Shown here: positions 47,051-56,608 of the stretch, one piece after another
Position numbering within the stretch: position 1 is the stretch's first letter
Layout: every line of letters begins with the position of its first letter
Source: Gemmatimonadales bacterium
GTDB lineage: Bacteria; Gemmatimonadota; Gemmatimonadetes; Longimicrobiales; Gaopeijiaceae
Length of the DNA stretch: 64,000 nucleotides
Direction of reading: 5' to 3'
NCBI GenBank assembly: GCA_038120095.1
Contig: JAYOKZ010000012.1
Coordinates: forward strand, 541 to 64,540
Translations under genes and position numbers: made by a program
Notes under the pieces: generated by a model
What the model was told of the DNA's origin: nothing
Databases searched by the model: none
What the model saw: only the letters and a program-made list of their open reading frames with translations

Positions 47051-48475
47051 CTAAGGGGTCATGTCGAAGTAGGGTGCGAGCGCTTCCTTCGGCGGAGGCG
47101 GGGTCGTCAGACTCACACCGATGAACAGCAGCCCCGAAACGAGGAAGCCACAAAGTACAGGCTCGACGGAGACGGCGCCGAACGCCTCCCAGAGAAACGT
47201 GGCTGTCACTCCCCCGATCATCGCTGCCGCTGCGCCCTCCTTGGTAGCGCGGCGCCAGAGAACCCCACCGACCACCGGTAGCACGAACGCCGCAGCCATG
47301 AGCGCCGTGAAGAGAAGGACGATGAACTGGACCAGCTCCCCTTCCCCGAAACCGCTCAGCAGGAGAAGAACAGGCACCGAGCCGACGACGACGATGCCGA
47401 GCCGATCCACCCAGCGTCGGCGTGCAGGAGAGACGCCCGGGTTGATCAGGTTCTGGTAGATGTCGACCGACAGCGCCGAGCCGGCCACGATCAGGAGAGA
47501 ATCAACCGTCGACATCATGGCAGCGGTGATTGCCGCGAGCATGATCGCACCGAGCGTGGCCGGGAGGACGGCCGTGGCGACCAGTGGCATCGCGAGATCG
47601 CCCGTCGGGAGCGACGGAAAGAGAACGATCGCGGAGAGCGCGAGAATGAAGACCAGCAGGTTGATGGCCAGAATCATCACGATCGCGAACAGAACACCAC
47701 GCCGAATCGTGTTCATATCCTTCATCGCATAGAGGCGAATCAGCTTCTCGGGCGTCGCCACCCCTCCCAGAAAGAAGGAGAGCCCCATGGTCATCAGAAG
47801 CGTTGCCGGCATCGTTTCGAACGTGAACACGAGAGGGTGCGCCGATTCGACAAGCATCAGGAGCCCCCCGAGACCATCGACCTGTCGCAGAGCCAGCGGT
47901 ACTGCGAGGAGCGCACCCAGCCCCATCACCACGAGCTGGAACGCATCGGTATAAACGACGGCGACCATACCACCGACCACGGTGTAGACGAGCAGGATGG
48001 TCGTGAAGCCGACCATCCCGACCGTGGTGGGGACCCCGAAGACGGTGTTCGCGATCAGCCCGCCCGCCACGATCTGGGCCTGAATGTAGACGACGGTCGC
48101 CACCAGAATGATCGCTGCCGCGAGACCACGGATGCCCTTCCCGTAATAGCGGGTCTCGATAAAGGCGGGGATGGTCAGTTCCTTCTGCTTCGTGAAGCGC
48201 GGGGCGAGCACGGCGACCATGAACCAGTAGGACAGCGGAATCGACAACAGGACCCAGCCAAACGACCAGCCGGCCGTGTACATCACGCCGATGGTCCCGA
48301 CAAACGTGCCCGCCGACGTGTGGGTCGCGGCCATCGTTGCGCCGCCCGTGAACCAGCCCAGCTCTCCTCCCGCAATCCAGTAGTCCGCCTCGCTGCGTGT
48401 CGCACGAAGACTGAACCAACCGATGGCAAAGACGACACAGAAGTAACCGACGAAGATCCAGACTTGAGGCGTCAT
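47051..48475 (-). CDS. Sodium:solute symporter (SSS) family transporter
   Basis: About 474 aa and polytopic (about 13 TM). The N-terminal region DYWIAGGELGWFTGGATMAATHTSAGTFVG is typical of SSS. Start set to ATG at 48473-48475. Confidence 0.85.
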   Translation of the reverse strand: MTPQVWIFVGYFCVVFAIGWFSLRATRSEADYWIAGGELGWFTGGATMAATHTSAGTFVGTIGVMYTAGWSFGWVLLSIPLSYWFMVAVLAPRFTKQKELTIPAFIETRYYGKGIRGLAAAIILVATVVYIQAQIVAGGLIANTVFGVPTTVGMVGFTTILLVYTVVGGMVAVVYTDAFQLVVMGLGALLAVPLALRQVDGLGGLLMLVESAHPLVFTFETMPATLLMTMGLSFFLGGVATPEKLIRLYAMKDMNTIRRGVLFAIVMILAINLLVFILALSAIVLFPSLPTGDLAMPLVATAVLPATLGAIMLAAITAAMMSTVDSLLIVAGSALSVDIYQNLINPGVSPARRRWVDRLGIVVVGSVPVLLLLSGFGEGELVQFIVLLFTALMAAAFVLPVVGGVLWRRATKEGAAAAMIGGVTATFLWEAFGAVSVEPVLCGFLVSGLLFIGVSLTTPPPPKEALAPYFDMTP

Positions 48476-48570
48476 CGTCGCTCCTCCCAGCGCATCCAGA
48501 TCACGTAGGCCACGACCACGCCCGCGCAGGCCACGAAGAGTCCCCAGAAGGTGAGACCGGGCCCTGTCAC
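48472..48570 (-). CDS. Small single-TM ORF preceding the SSS transporter (DUF3311-like small subunit?)
   Basis: 32 codons from GTG at 48568-48570: VTGPGLTFWGLFVACAGVVVAYVIWMRWEERR. There is a GTGA overlap with the upstream stop and an ATGA overlap with the SSS start. Small hydrophobic genes upstream of SSS transporters are a known arrangement. Confidence 0.4.
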   Translation of the reverse strand: MTGPGLTFWGLFVACAGVVVAYVIWMRWEERR

Positions 48571-49326
48571 GCCGCTGTTCTCCGGGCCACCGCACTCAGG
48601 TGCCGCCAACCCACCACGGAGAATCCGAGCAGCACCAGCACGGTCAGCAGATCGACCGCGAATGGCACGCTCGGTCTCCAACCTCCGCCGATTCGACCCC
48701 GTAATCCCACCATCGAGGGAGTCACCTGGAGGCGCACACTCCACCACCCGTCGTCATCCCGACGAAAGCCCGCGGGAAAGCCTTCGACGACGATCCATTC
48801 CGAGGGAAGTCGGAGGCGCGCAGAAAAATCACCCGACGTGCCGGGGACAAGGGGCGGGCCCGTCACGACCGGGACGCGCACTCTGACGCGGTCACCCTCC
48901 ACCTCGACCGCCGCAGTGACACGGTATGACAGTTCCAGCATTTGGATCCCGGATGCAGTCGGTGACGCTGGCGGCATTACGGCGGCGGCTCGGCGAGCTC
49001 CCTGTGCCGGCCAGAGCTCCACCGAGTCACCCGACTGAGTCGCAAGTCGGTCGACGGCTGCCTCACCGAATCCGAGCACCTCGAGCTGCAGAGGCCCGGT
49101 CGGCTCATGATGCTCGTCGTCGACCGGATTCAATTCGTAACGCAGCACGACCTGCGCAGCTCCGTCTCCCGACGTCAGATCGATGTCCATGTCGACCGAG
49201 CGAACCGGCCACTCCGCAGCCTGAGACGCGACCGGCGCGGGGCGTACCGTCAGCGGGACGATGACAACAAGCACGCTCGCCGCGACCCGCCCGGGCCGAA
49301 ACGACCCTTCGAGCCTCAGGCCCACG
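48567..49326 (-). CDS. Hypothetical exported protein with a C-terminal TM anchor
   Basis: N-terminal hydrophobic leader (VAASVLVVIVPLTV), about 190 aa soluble domain, and C-terminal TM (FAVDLLTVLVLLGFSVVGW). The start is uncertain: GTG at 49324-49326 is proposed and the track start is 49406. Confidence 0.4.
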
Positions 49327-50530
49327 CCTCCGCCATGACACGAAGCGCGTTGCCCCCCATCACCTTGGCGATCTCGTCGTCCGAGTAACCGGCCTTCACC
49401 AGCCACCGCACAATGTTGATCGATCCCTCCGTCGGATTCTCCAGCCCCTCGACGTACTCGACCTCTTCGAAGTGCTGATCGGGGTGATGGCCACCGCGAG
49501 AATCCTTGATGGACAGGCTTGCCATGTAGGTGCGATGCAGGCCGACGTGGTCACCGTACACGGTGTCGGGACCAAATCCGACGTGGTCGATACCAACCAG
49601 CGCCCGGACGTACTCGAAGTGTTCCATGAACGCGGCGAGGTTATGTCGTCGATTGTTCTTCGTCAGAGTGGTATGCGGGGCGCACTCGATGCCGATCACA
49701 CCACCCTTGGCCGCGACGGCCTCCAGCACGTCGTCCGGGGCCAGCCGGTTCGAGCGCCACAGCGCACGAGCGCCGATGTGCGACAGAACGATCGGCTTCT
49801 CACTCCATTCGACCGTGTCGAGCGTGGTCTGATCTCCGCAGTGCGAGCAGTCGATGAGGAGCCCGACCTTGTTCATGCGCTCAACGGCCCTGCGCCCGAA
49901 TTTGGTCAGGCCACCGTCCCGGTCTTCCTTGAGACCGTTGCCGAGCGCATTTGACTCGGAATAGGTGACACCGAGCGAGCGCAGACCGAACCCGTGCAGG
50001 ATGTCGATTCGGTCGAGGTCGTGCTCGATCATCGCCGCGCCCTCCATGGACGCGATCCACGCCACCCGCCCTTCATCATGAGCTCGCTGGACGTCGCTGA
50101 TCCTGAGGCAGTGGATCAGGAAGTCCTGATGGGCCAAATCACAAAGGCGCATTCCGAGATCGTGCAGAACGTCGTCCCACTGCCACCCGGAGCTCGAATG
50201 GATCGTGCAGATGCCATCCATGAGATTGTCGAAGACGGCATCCCAGTGCGACGCTGCAAGGCCTTCGAAGGCCGTCGCCATTCGGCCGTGCCGAACGTAC
50301 TCCGGGGTCTCCTCGATCCGGTTCGGGAACACCCCCAGGTGCTCGTGCATCGACACCAGGAGACAGCGCGCGACCAACTCCGAGAAGCGCTCTTCCTCGT
50401 CCGCCGAGAGGGGAAGACGATACGGAGGCACCCGATTCACTTCATCCGCGAGTTCGAAGACCTTGTAGTCAACGTCGGGCTCGAGGTAGGCGAACGAGGT
50501 GTAGCCCCCGTACTGCTTCTTCAGACTCAT
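49316..50530 (-). CDS. Membrane dipeptidase (peptidase family M19)
   Basis: 404 aa. M19-like motifs VSMHEH, GLLIDCSHCGD, and VLSHIGARAL near the His ligands. Confidence 0.8.
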   Translation of the reverse strand: MSLKKQYGGYTSFAYLEPDVDYKVFELADEVNRVPPYRLPLSADEEERFSELVARCLLVSMHEHLGVFPNRIEETPEYVRHGRMATAFEGLAASHWDAVFDNLMDGICTIHSSSGWQWDDVLHDLGMRLCDLAHQDFLIHCLRISDVQRAHDEGRVAWIASMEGAAMIEHDLDRIDILHGFGLRSLGVTYSESNALGNGLKEDRDGGLTKFGRRAVERMNKVGLLIDCSHCGDQTTLDTVEWSEKPIVLSHIGARALWRSNRLAPDDVLEAVAAKGGVIGIECAPHTTLTKNNRRHNLAAFMEHFEYVRALVGIDHVGFGPDTVYGDHVGLHRTYMASLSIKDSRGGHHPDQHFEEVEYVEGLENPTEGSINIVRWLVKAGYSDDEIAKVMGGNALRVMAEAWA

Positions 50531-50555
50531 GCGTGCTCGGGTTGAAGTCAGTAGC

Positions 50556-51649
50556 TCACACTACCGGTAGGTCGAGGTACTCCGCGTGAATCTTCGCGAT
50601 CTCGGCTCGAGACTCCACGAACACTTCGACGACGCGCGGATCGAACGCACGACCCGAGTCGGCCACGATCATCTCCACCACCTCATCGGGGTCTACCGCC
50701 GCCCGATACGGACGCCCTACCGTCAGGGCATCGTAAAAATCGACGACACTGCAGATCCGCGATTCGATGGGAATTTCCTCGCCGGAGAGGCCATTCGGGT
50801 AACCGGACCCGTCCCACTTTTCGTGGTGCGTCAGCGCAATGAGCTCCCCCATTTGAATGACCGGCGACGATGATCCGGAGAGAATTTGAGCACCGATGGT
50901 CGTGTGGACGTTCATCGCAGTCCGCTCATCCTCATTCAGCGGCCCGGGCTTGCCGAGAATGCTGTCGGGAATCCCGATTTTGCCCACATCGTGCATCGGC
51001 GCGGCGTGCAGGAGAAGATCGACCGTAGCGGGCGGCAGGTGCATCGCCTTCCCGATGACCTGCGAGTAGCGGCCGATACGCTCGATATGCTCGGCCGTAT
51101 CGTGGTCCTTGTACGCCGCAGCGATCGTGAGCCGCCGGATCGTATCGAGGTGTGCAGCCTGAATCTCGCGCTGCGCCCGCGTCACCTCCTCCAGGGCCTC
51201 CCTGAGGTCCCGAGTACGCACCGCGACCGTCTCCTCGAGGTGCTCCTTGCTGCGACGCAGCTGGTCCTGAGCTGTCTTGAGCTCAAGAAGCCACTTGAGT
51301 CGCAGACGGAGTTCCGTGGGATCCAGAGGCTTGTTGATGAAGTCGTTGACACCGGCTTCGTAGGCACGAAGGCGATCCTCACGAGCCTCGAGGCTCGTGA
51401 CCATGACGATGGGCAGCTCGTCGAAGGATCGGTTCCCACGGATCCGCTGCGTGAGTTCGAAACCATCGACGATCGGCATGTGGGCATCGGTGAGCACCAG
51501 ATCGACTCCGAGGCCGATCTTGGCGATTGCCTCGGAACCATCGGCGGCCAGCTCCACACTGTATCCGAAACCCCGGACGAATTCAGCGTGAAGGTTCGGA
51601 ACATCTCGTCGTCGTCAGCGACAAGAACCGTATAGGTGTGTTCGGACAT
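50556..51649 (-). pseudogene. Response regulator with an HD-GYP phosphodiesterase domain (RpfG-like), reading frame disrupted by an apparent 1-nt deletion near 51594-51598
   Basis: ATG at 51647-51649 has the SD GGAG upstream. It encodes MSEHTYTVLVADDDEMFR (receiver beta1 plus acidic pocket), then the frame degenerates. The -1 frame continues NLHAEFVRGFGYSVELAADGSEAIAKI...LVLTDAHMP...HDVGKIGIP...HHEKWDGSGYP to the stop at 50556. The total length of 1094 nt is not a multiple of 3. Confidence 0.65.
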
Positions 51650-51844
51650 CCTGCTCCGTCGCTGGTTCGTGCGGGCCCGGCTCAGGTATCGATCCCGGGA
51701 GAGCGAGGAAGCTATGCTCACGTTCCCCGCACCGCCAAACTTCTTGGCCGTGCGCTGCTCCATCCGTCTTGCCCGGTCGCCGCAGATGCCGCCTCTTGGC
51801 CCTCGTCAGCGATTTCCCACACGTCCCCGGCCCAGGCATCCCTC

Positions 51845-54433
51845 ATGTCTCCTGTCCCTGCGCACACCGCCCTGATCTCCCGGATCAACCTTCGGGCCTC
51901 CACCCTGCTCGGCGCCTGTCTGATCCTCCTCGGCAGCCCCGGGGCCGCGGTAGCTCAGTCGCAGATGGAGCGCGCTCCTGCGATCGCGAACTTCGACCTG
52001 GCCGCGCGATGGGCCCCGTACAAGGTGCGGGACATGATTCACAGCACGACGGTCGCCCCGCGCTGGATCGAGGGCAGCGAAAAATTCTGGTACGAGTGGG
52101 AAAACGCCGACGGCACGTTCTACTACATCGTCGATCCGGAGAGGGGTTCGCGGAATCAGCTCTTCGACAACGACGTCATGGCAGCCGAGCTCACGCGGAT
52201 CACCCGTGATCCGTGGGACGGGCAGCACCTCCCGATTACCAACATCCGCTTCCTCGATGACGATACGTTCCAGTTCGATGTCGAGTCATCCCAGGATGAG
52301 GAGGTCGAGGACGAGACGGACGGAGAGCAGCAGGAAGAGAGTGAGCGAGAGCGGTCGCGTACTCGCAAACGCGTCCACCACTTCGAATTCTCCATCTCGT
52401 CACAGGTACTTCGCGAGCTTCAGGATTACGAGGAGCCCGACGACCACCCCGCGTGGGCCAGTGTGTCCCCGGATGGGCAGACGGTGGTCTTCGCGAGGAA
52501 CTACAACCTCTGGATGATGTCGGGTTCGGACTATGCCCGAATCCTCGACGCACGTCGCGGGAAGGACGGTGACGAGGCCGAGGAGGCCGAGGACGAGGTG
52601 GAGATCGAGGAAGTCCAGCTTACATCGGACGGTGAGGAGTACTACAGCTACGAGGCAAACGGTACCGGACGGGGTGAGACCAACGTCTCACGCGAGGAAA
52701 ACATGGACGACCGCAAGCGAGCGAACCTGACATGGTCTCAGGACTCGCGTCGGTTTGCCCTCGTCCGCACGGACTACCGGGAGGTGGGAAAGCTCTGGGT
52801 TGTGCACACGACCGGAAACGACCGCCCGGAACTCGAGACGTACGCCTACGAGATGCCCGGGGAAGAGCACGTCGATCAGCATGAGATCGTGGTCTATGAC
52901 CTGCAGAACCGGTCTCAGGTCACGGTTGCGGACGAGACCGAGGCAGACCCGGATCTGAGTATCGTCAACGCCGACCAGTTCTTCTTCCAGGACTCCGACG
53001 CCCCTCGGACGCAGCAGTGGGTTTCCGAGAATCCCGACGAGCTGTACTACCTGCGGATCTCCCGAGACCGGCATCGGGCGTCGCTGAGCGTCGCCAACAC
53101 GTCGACCGGTGAATTCCGGGACATTTTCGTCGATAGCCTGAACACCTACATGGAGACCCGGCAGCCGCGCCGCCTGGACGATGGCAGCTGGCTCTGGTGG
53201 TCGGAGCAGGACGGCTGGGCACACATCTATCGCTACGCGGCAGACGGTAGCCTTCGGAATCGACTGACCTCGGGGCCCTGGCACGTCGACGGCATCGTGG
53301 GGGTGGACGAGCAGCGGGGTTACGCGTTCCTGACCGGTCAGGGACGAGAGTCGGGGGAGGACCCGTACTACCAGCATCTGTACCGAGTGAACCTCGACGG
53401 CTCCGGACTCACCCTGCTGAACCCCGGGGACTACGACCACCGGTTCGCCATGGGAGCCTCACGCCGCTTTTTCGTTGACAGCTACGCACGCGTGAACACG
53501 ACGCCGTCATCAGCCCTGTTCAACGCGCAGGGCACGAAAATTCTCGACCTCGAGGTCGCGGATTTTTCCGCTCTGGAGGACGCGGGGTACGCATTCCCGG
53601 AACCGTTCGTCGCCGAGGCTGCCGACGGCGTTACCGACATCTACGGGGTCATGTACAAGCCCTATGATTTCGATCCGGAGAAGAGTTACCCGATCGTGGC
53701 CTACGTCTACCCCGGACCTCAGACCGAGTCCGTCTCGAAATTCTGGTCGGCGAACCCCTACGAGCAGGGCCTCGCCCAGTTCGGTGTCATTGTCGTGACG
53801 CTCGGCAACCGAGGAGGCAATCCCGCTCGTTCCAAGTGGTACCACAATTACGGCTATGGTGACCTGCGTGACTACGGCCTCGCCGACAAGAAGGCGGTCA
53901 TCGAGCAGCTGGGGGATCGGCACGACTTCATCGATCTCGACCGAGTCGGCATTTACGGGCATTCGGGTGGAGGGTTCATGTCCACCGCCGCCATGCTCGT
54001 GTACCCCGATTTCTTCAAGGTCGCGGTGTCGTCATCCGGGAATCACAACAACGACGTCTACAATCGCTGGTGGTCGGAGACGCACCACGGAGTCAAAGAG
54101 GTGGTCGACTCGGACGGGAATGTCTCGTTCGAGTATGACATCGAGAAGAACTCCGACCTCGCTGCGAACCTCAAGGGCCACCTGCTCCTCACGACCGGCA
54201 ACATCGACAACAACGTCCACCATGCGGGTACGCACAGGATGGCCGAGGCGCTGATCCGGGCGAACAAGCGCTTCGACTACTTCGTGTTTCCGGGCCAGCG
54301 TCACGGATACGGGAACATGGGTGACTACTGGTTCTGGCTACGGGCGGAGTACTTCGTGGAGCATCTGCTCGGAGCCACCGCGGACATGGCCGACATCATT
54401 CCGCTGCAGGTGGAACGACCCCGGACGAGGTAG
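51845..54433 (+). CDS. Secreted S9 family peptidase, dipeptidyl-peptidase IV-like (beta-propeller plus alpha/beta hydrolase)
   Basis: 862 aa from ATG at 51845. Signal peptide ...LILLGSPGAAVAQ, catalytic Ser motif YGHSGGGFM, and Asp/His region GNIDNNVHH. Acidic insertions occur in the N-terminal half. Confidence 0.85.
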   Translation: MSPVPAHTALISRINLRASTLLGACLILLGSPGAAVAQSQMERAPAIANFDLAARWAPYKVRDMIHSTTVAPRWIEGSEKFWYEWENADGTFYYIVDPERGSRNQLFDNDVMAAELTRITRDPWDGQHLPITNIRFLDDDTFQFDVESSQDEEVEDETDGEQQEESERERSRTRKRVHHFEFSISSQVLRELQDYEEPDDHPAWASVSPDGQTVVFARNYNLWMMSGSDYARILDARRGKDGDEAEEAEDEVEIEEVQLTSDGEEYYSYEANGTGRGETNVSREENMDDRKRANLTWSQDSRRFALVRTDYREVGKLWVVHTTGNDRPELETYAYEMPGEEHVDQHEIVVYDLQNRSQVTVADETEADPDLSIVNADQFFFQDSDAPRTQQWVSENPDELYYLRISRDRHRASLSVANTSTGEFRDIFVDSLNTYMETRQPRRLDDGSWLWWSEQDGWAHIYRYAADGSLRNRLTSGPWHVDGIVGVDEQRGYAFLTGQGRESGEDPYYQHLYRVNLDGSGLTLLNPGDYDHRFAMGASRRFFVDSYARVNTTPSSALFNAQGTKILDLEVADFSALEDAGYAFPEPFVAEAADGVTDIYGVMYKPYDFDPEKSYPIVAYVYPGPQTESVSKFWSANPYEQGLAQFGVIVVTLGNRGGNPARSKWYHNYGYGDLRDYGLADKKAVIEQLGDRHDFIDLDRVGIYGHSGGGFMSTAAMLVYPDFFKVAVSSSGNHNNDVYNRWWSETHHGVKEVVDSDGNVSFEYDIEKNSDLAANLKGHLLLTTGNIDNNVHHAGTHRMAEALIRANKRFDYFVFPGQRHGYGNMGDYWFWLRAEYFVEHLLGATADMADIIPLQVERPRTR

Positions 54434-54485
54434 GTTCGGGGGGGTCGGGGGTCGAGCCGGGGGCGGCAACCAGCGGGTCGAGTTG

Positions 54486-54710
54486 CTAGGCCCCCGGCGG
54501 TTCTCGCCCGATCGCTCCGCGCAGGAGTGCGTCGCGACTCTCCCGGAACCGCGCCCGGATCCGTGTCGAGAGCACGATCCCGGAGACCACGACGTAGGCG
54601 GAGCCCATCCCCAGCACGAGTGCGACGAGCAATCCACCGAGCCACAGGGTCAGGCCGACGGCGAGGACGAATCGAGGCCTAGGAGCGGCCACGTTTTGAT
54701 GCCATGGCAT
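54486..54710 (-). CDS. Possible small membrane protein
   Basis: About 74 aa (ATG at 54710) or 68 aa (GTG at 54692). Two hydrophobic helices (FVLAVGLTLWLGGLLVALVLGMGSAYVVVSGIVL). It overlaps the 3' end of the response regulator gene. Weak evidence. Confidence 0.3.
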   Translation of the reverse strand: MPWHQNVAAPRPRFVLAVGLTLWLGGLLVALVLGMGSAYVVVSGIVLSTRIRARFRESRDALLRGAIGREPPGA

Positions 54711-55092
54711 TGTTGAGCGTCTCAACCAGCTGGTCACCTGTAAACGGTTTGCGGAGAACCGCATCGCTGCCGGTCAACCCCCCCGACTCGATGGGATCGA
54801 TCTCCACCATCCCCGTCGTGTACACGATGGCAAGATCCGTTCGCATGGCCAGTAGACGCTGAGCGACCCGTCCTCCCCAGCCATCCGGGAGCGCGATATC
54901 CATCAGCACGACGTCGATGTCACCCTCATAGCGGTCGAGTACCTCAGCGGCTTCCTCGGCGGACGATGCGCCGATCATGTCGAAGCCGCGGGCACGAAGC
55001 AGACGGCGTACCACGAGGCGGATGCCGTCTTCGTCATCCACGAAAAAAACGACGGGTTTGTGTTTCAGTTCTTCGGCCTGCTCGTTTGACAC
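54679..55092 (-). CDS. Single-domain response regulator (CheY-like receiver)
   Basis: 137 aa with VVFFVDDEDGIR, phospho-acceptor VVLMDIALPDG, and a conserved Lys region VLRKPF. Confidence 0.88.
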   Translation of the reverse strand: MSNEQAEELKHKPVVFFVDDEDGIRLVVRRLLRARGFDMIGASSAEEAAEVLDRYEGDIDVVLMDIALPDGWGGRVAQRLLAMRTDLAIVYTTGMVEIDPIESGGLTGSDAVLRKPFTGDQLVETLNNAMASKRGRS

Positions 55093-55221
55093 GTGGTTTC
55101 AACGGGGCGCAGGAAATGGCTCACGGAGATCACTCCAGGCGCAGAAGTTATCCTCCCGGGCCCGCCCCTTCAAAGAGCCACGCCGTGTTGGCGAGTCGCT
55201 GGCGCCGCATGAGATTGTGAC

Positions 55222-56490
55222 ATGGTGACCTCAACGCTTCGAAAGCGGGCGCTCTTGGCGCTCGTGATTCTGTTGATTACGCCTGCGTACGGATCCGGGC
55301 AGGCCGTTGAACCGGGAAGCGAGCTCCGCGTGTGGCTCGTGACGGCGGGACCGGGTGACGCCGTCTGGGAACGATACGGCCACAATGCGCTGCGGGTCCT
55401 CGACACCCGAACCGGCTACGACGTCACCTTCAACTGGGGAATTTTCAGTTTTGGTCAGCCCGTTCAGTTCATCATCCGGTTCCTGCAGGGCCGCATGGTC
55501 TACACGATGGCACCCTTCGACACCGGGGCCATGCTGTCGGCGTACGCGCGCGACGGGCGGGCGGTGGTGCAACAGGAACTCGACCTCACACCGTCCGAGA
55601 AGCTCGAACTCCTGATGCTCGCGGAGACCAACGCGCGGCCCGAAAACCGCGACTACGTCTACCAGTATTTTCTCGACAACTGCTCCACCCGCATAAGGGA
55701 CCTTCTCGATCGGATCGTCGGCGGCCAACTGACCGAAGCCTTCGGATCGGTGGAGACGGAAACGAGCTATCGATGGCACACCCAGCGATTGACCCAGGTC
55801 GATCCCTTCATCTACGCCGGGATGGATGCTCTCCTCGGGGGTCCGACGGATCAGGAGCTGACCGTCTGGGAGGAAATGTTTCTCCCACTGACCCTCAGGG
55901 ATCGGGTTCGCGACGTCACGGTCCGGCGTCCGGACGGATCGCAACGCGCACTCGTGCTCAACGAGGAGTCCACGGATTCGGGCACCGGGCCCTCGGAGGA
56001 AGCCGCGCCGCCCGCATGGCTCATCAGCTTCCTGGCCCTCGGCCTGCTGTCCGGTGCGACCTTTTCGTCACTGTCGCTGACCCGGGTCCGGGACTCGCGC
56101 CTCTGGCGACGGGTGGTCCTCGGGATGGCGTGCGCATGGTCGGGTCTCTTCGGTCTGCTGGGCATGATTCTGGTGGCACTTCTCTTCACCGACCACCTCT
56201 TCGCATGGCGGAATGAAAACCTCTTTCTGGCCAATCCCCTGCTCCTGGCGTCGGCTCTTGCCCTCCCGCTCTCCTACGCCGACCCGTCCTGGCAGGCCCG
56301 CGCTCGATGGATCTCAACGACGTGTGCAGGAGTCGCCCTGCTTGGGCTGATGTGGCACGTCACGCCATGGTCCGTTCACCAGAACGGGTCCTTCATTGCC
56401 CTTCTACTCCCGGCGCATCTCGGACTGGCATGGGGGCTCAGGGCTACGCCCCAGTCGGTCCCGTCCGATCCCGCGGCCTTACGAGATTGA
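55222..56490 (+). CDS. DUF4105 (Lnb N-terminal)-domain membrane protein
   Basis: 422 aa with a signal peptide. LVTAGPGDAVWERYGHNALRV is typical of DUF4105. Four or five TM helices at the C-terminus. Confidence 0.7.
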   Translation: MVTSTLRKRALLALVILLITPAYGSGQAVEPGSELRVWLVTAGPGDAVWERYGHNALRVLDTRTGYDVTFNWGIFSFGQPVQFIIRFLQGRMVYTMAPFDTGAMLSAYARDGRAVVQQELDLTPSEKLELLMLAETNARPENRDYVYQYFLDNCSTRIRDLLDRIVGGQLTEAFGSVETETSYRWHTQRLTQVDPFIYAGMDALLGGPTDQELTVWEEMFLPLTLRDRVRDVTVRRPDGSQRALVLNEESTDSGTGPSEEAAPPAWLISFLALGLLSGATFSSLSLTRVRDSRLWRRVVLGMACAWSGLFGLLGMILVALLFTDHLFAWRNENLFLANPLLLASALALPLSYADPSWQARARWISTTCAGVALLGLMWHVTPWSVHQNGSFIALLLPAHLGLAWGLRATPQSVPSDPAALRD

Positions 56491-56608
56491 CGACCAGACC
56501 GGTTGCCCCGCCAAGACGTGTATTATCCTTGGCAACGTAGCTGTTGTGTCGGGACGCCCCGATTGCAATTCTGCGGAGGGGTTTCTTCGATGCTCACAAA
56601 GGAAAGGC

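Noticed and set aside
51590-51600. Programmed -1 ribosomal frameshift in the response regulator/HD-GYP gene
   Set aside because: The site (GUUCCGAACC) is not a slippery X XXY YYZ heptamer, and I saw no obvious downstream stimulatory structure. A 1-nt indel (mutation or sequencing error) is the simpler explanation.
56491-56608. TATTAT hexamer (about 56520) as the FDH operon promoter
   Set aside because: The only TTG-type -35 candidate (TTGCCC) is 12 nt away, which is too short a spacer. No convincing -35/-10 pair was found by eye.
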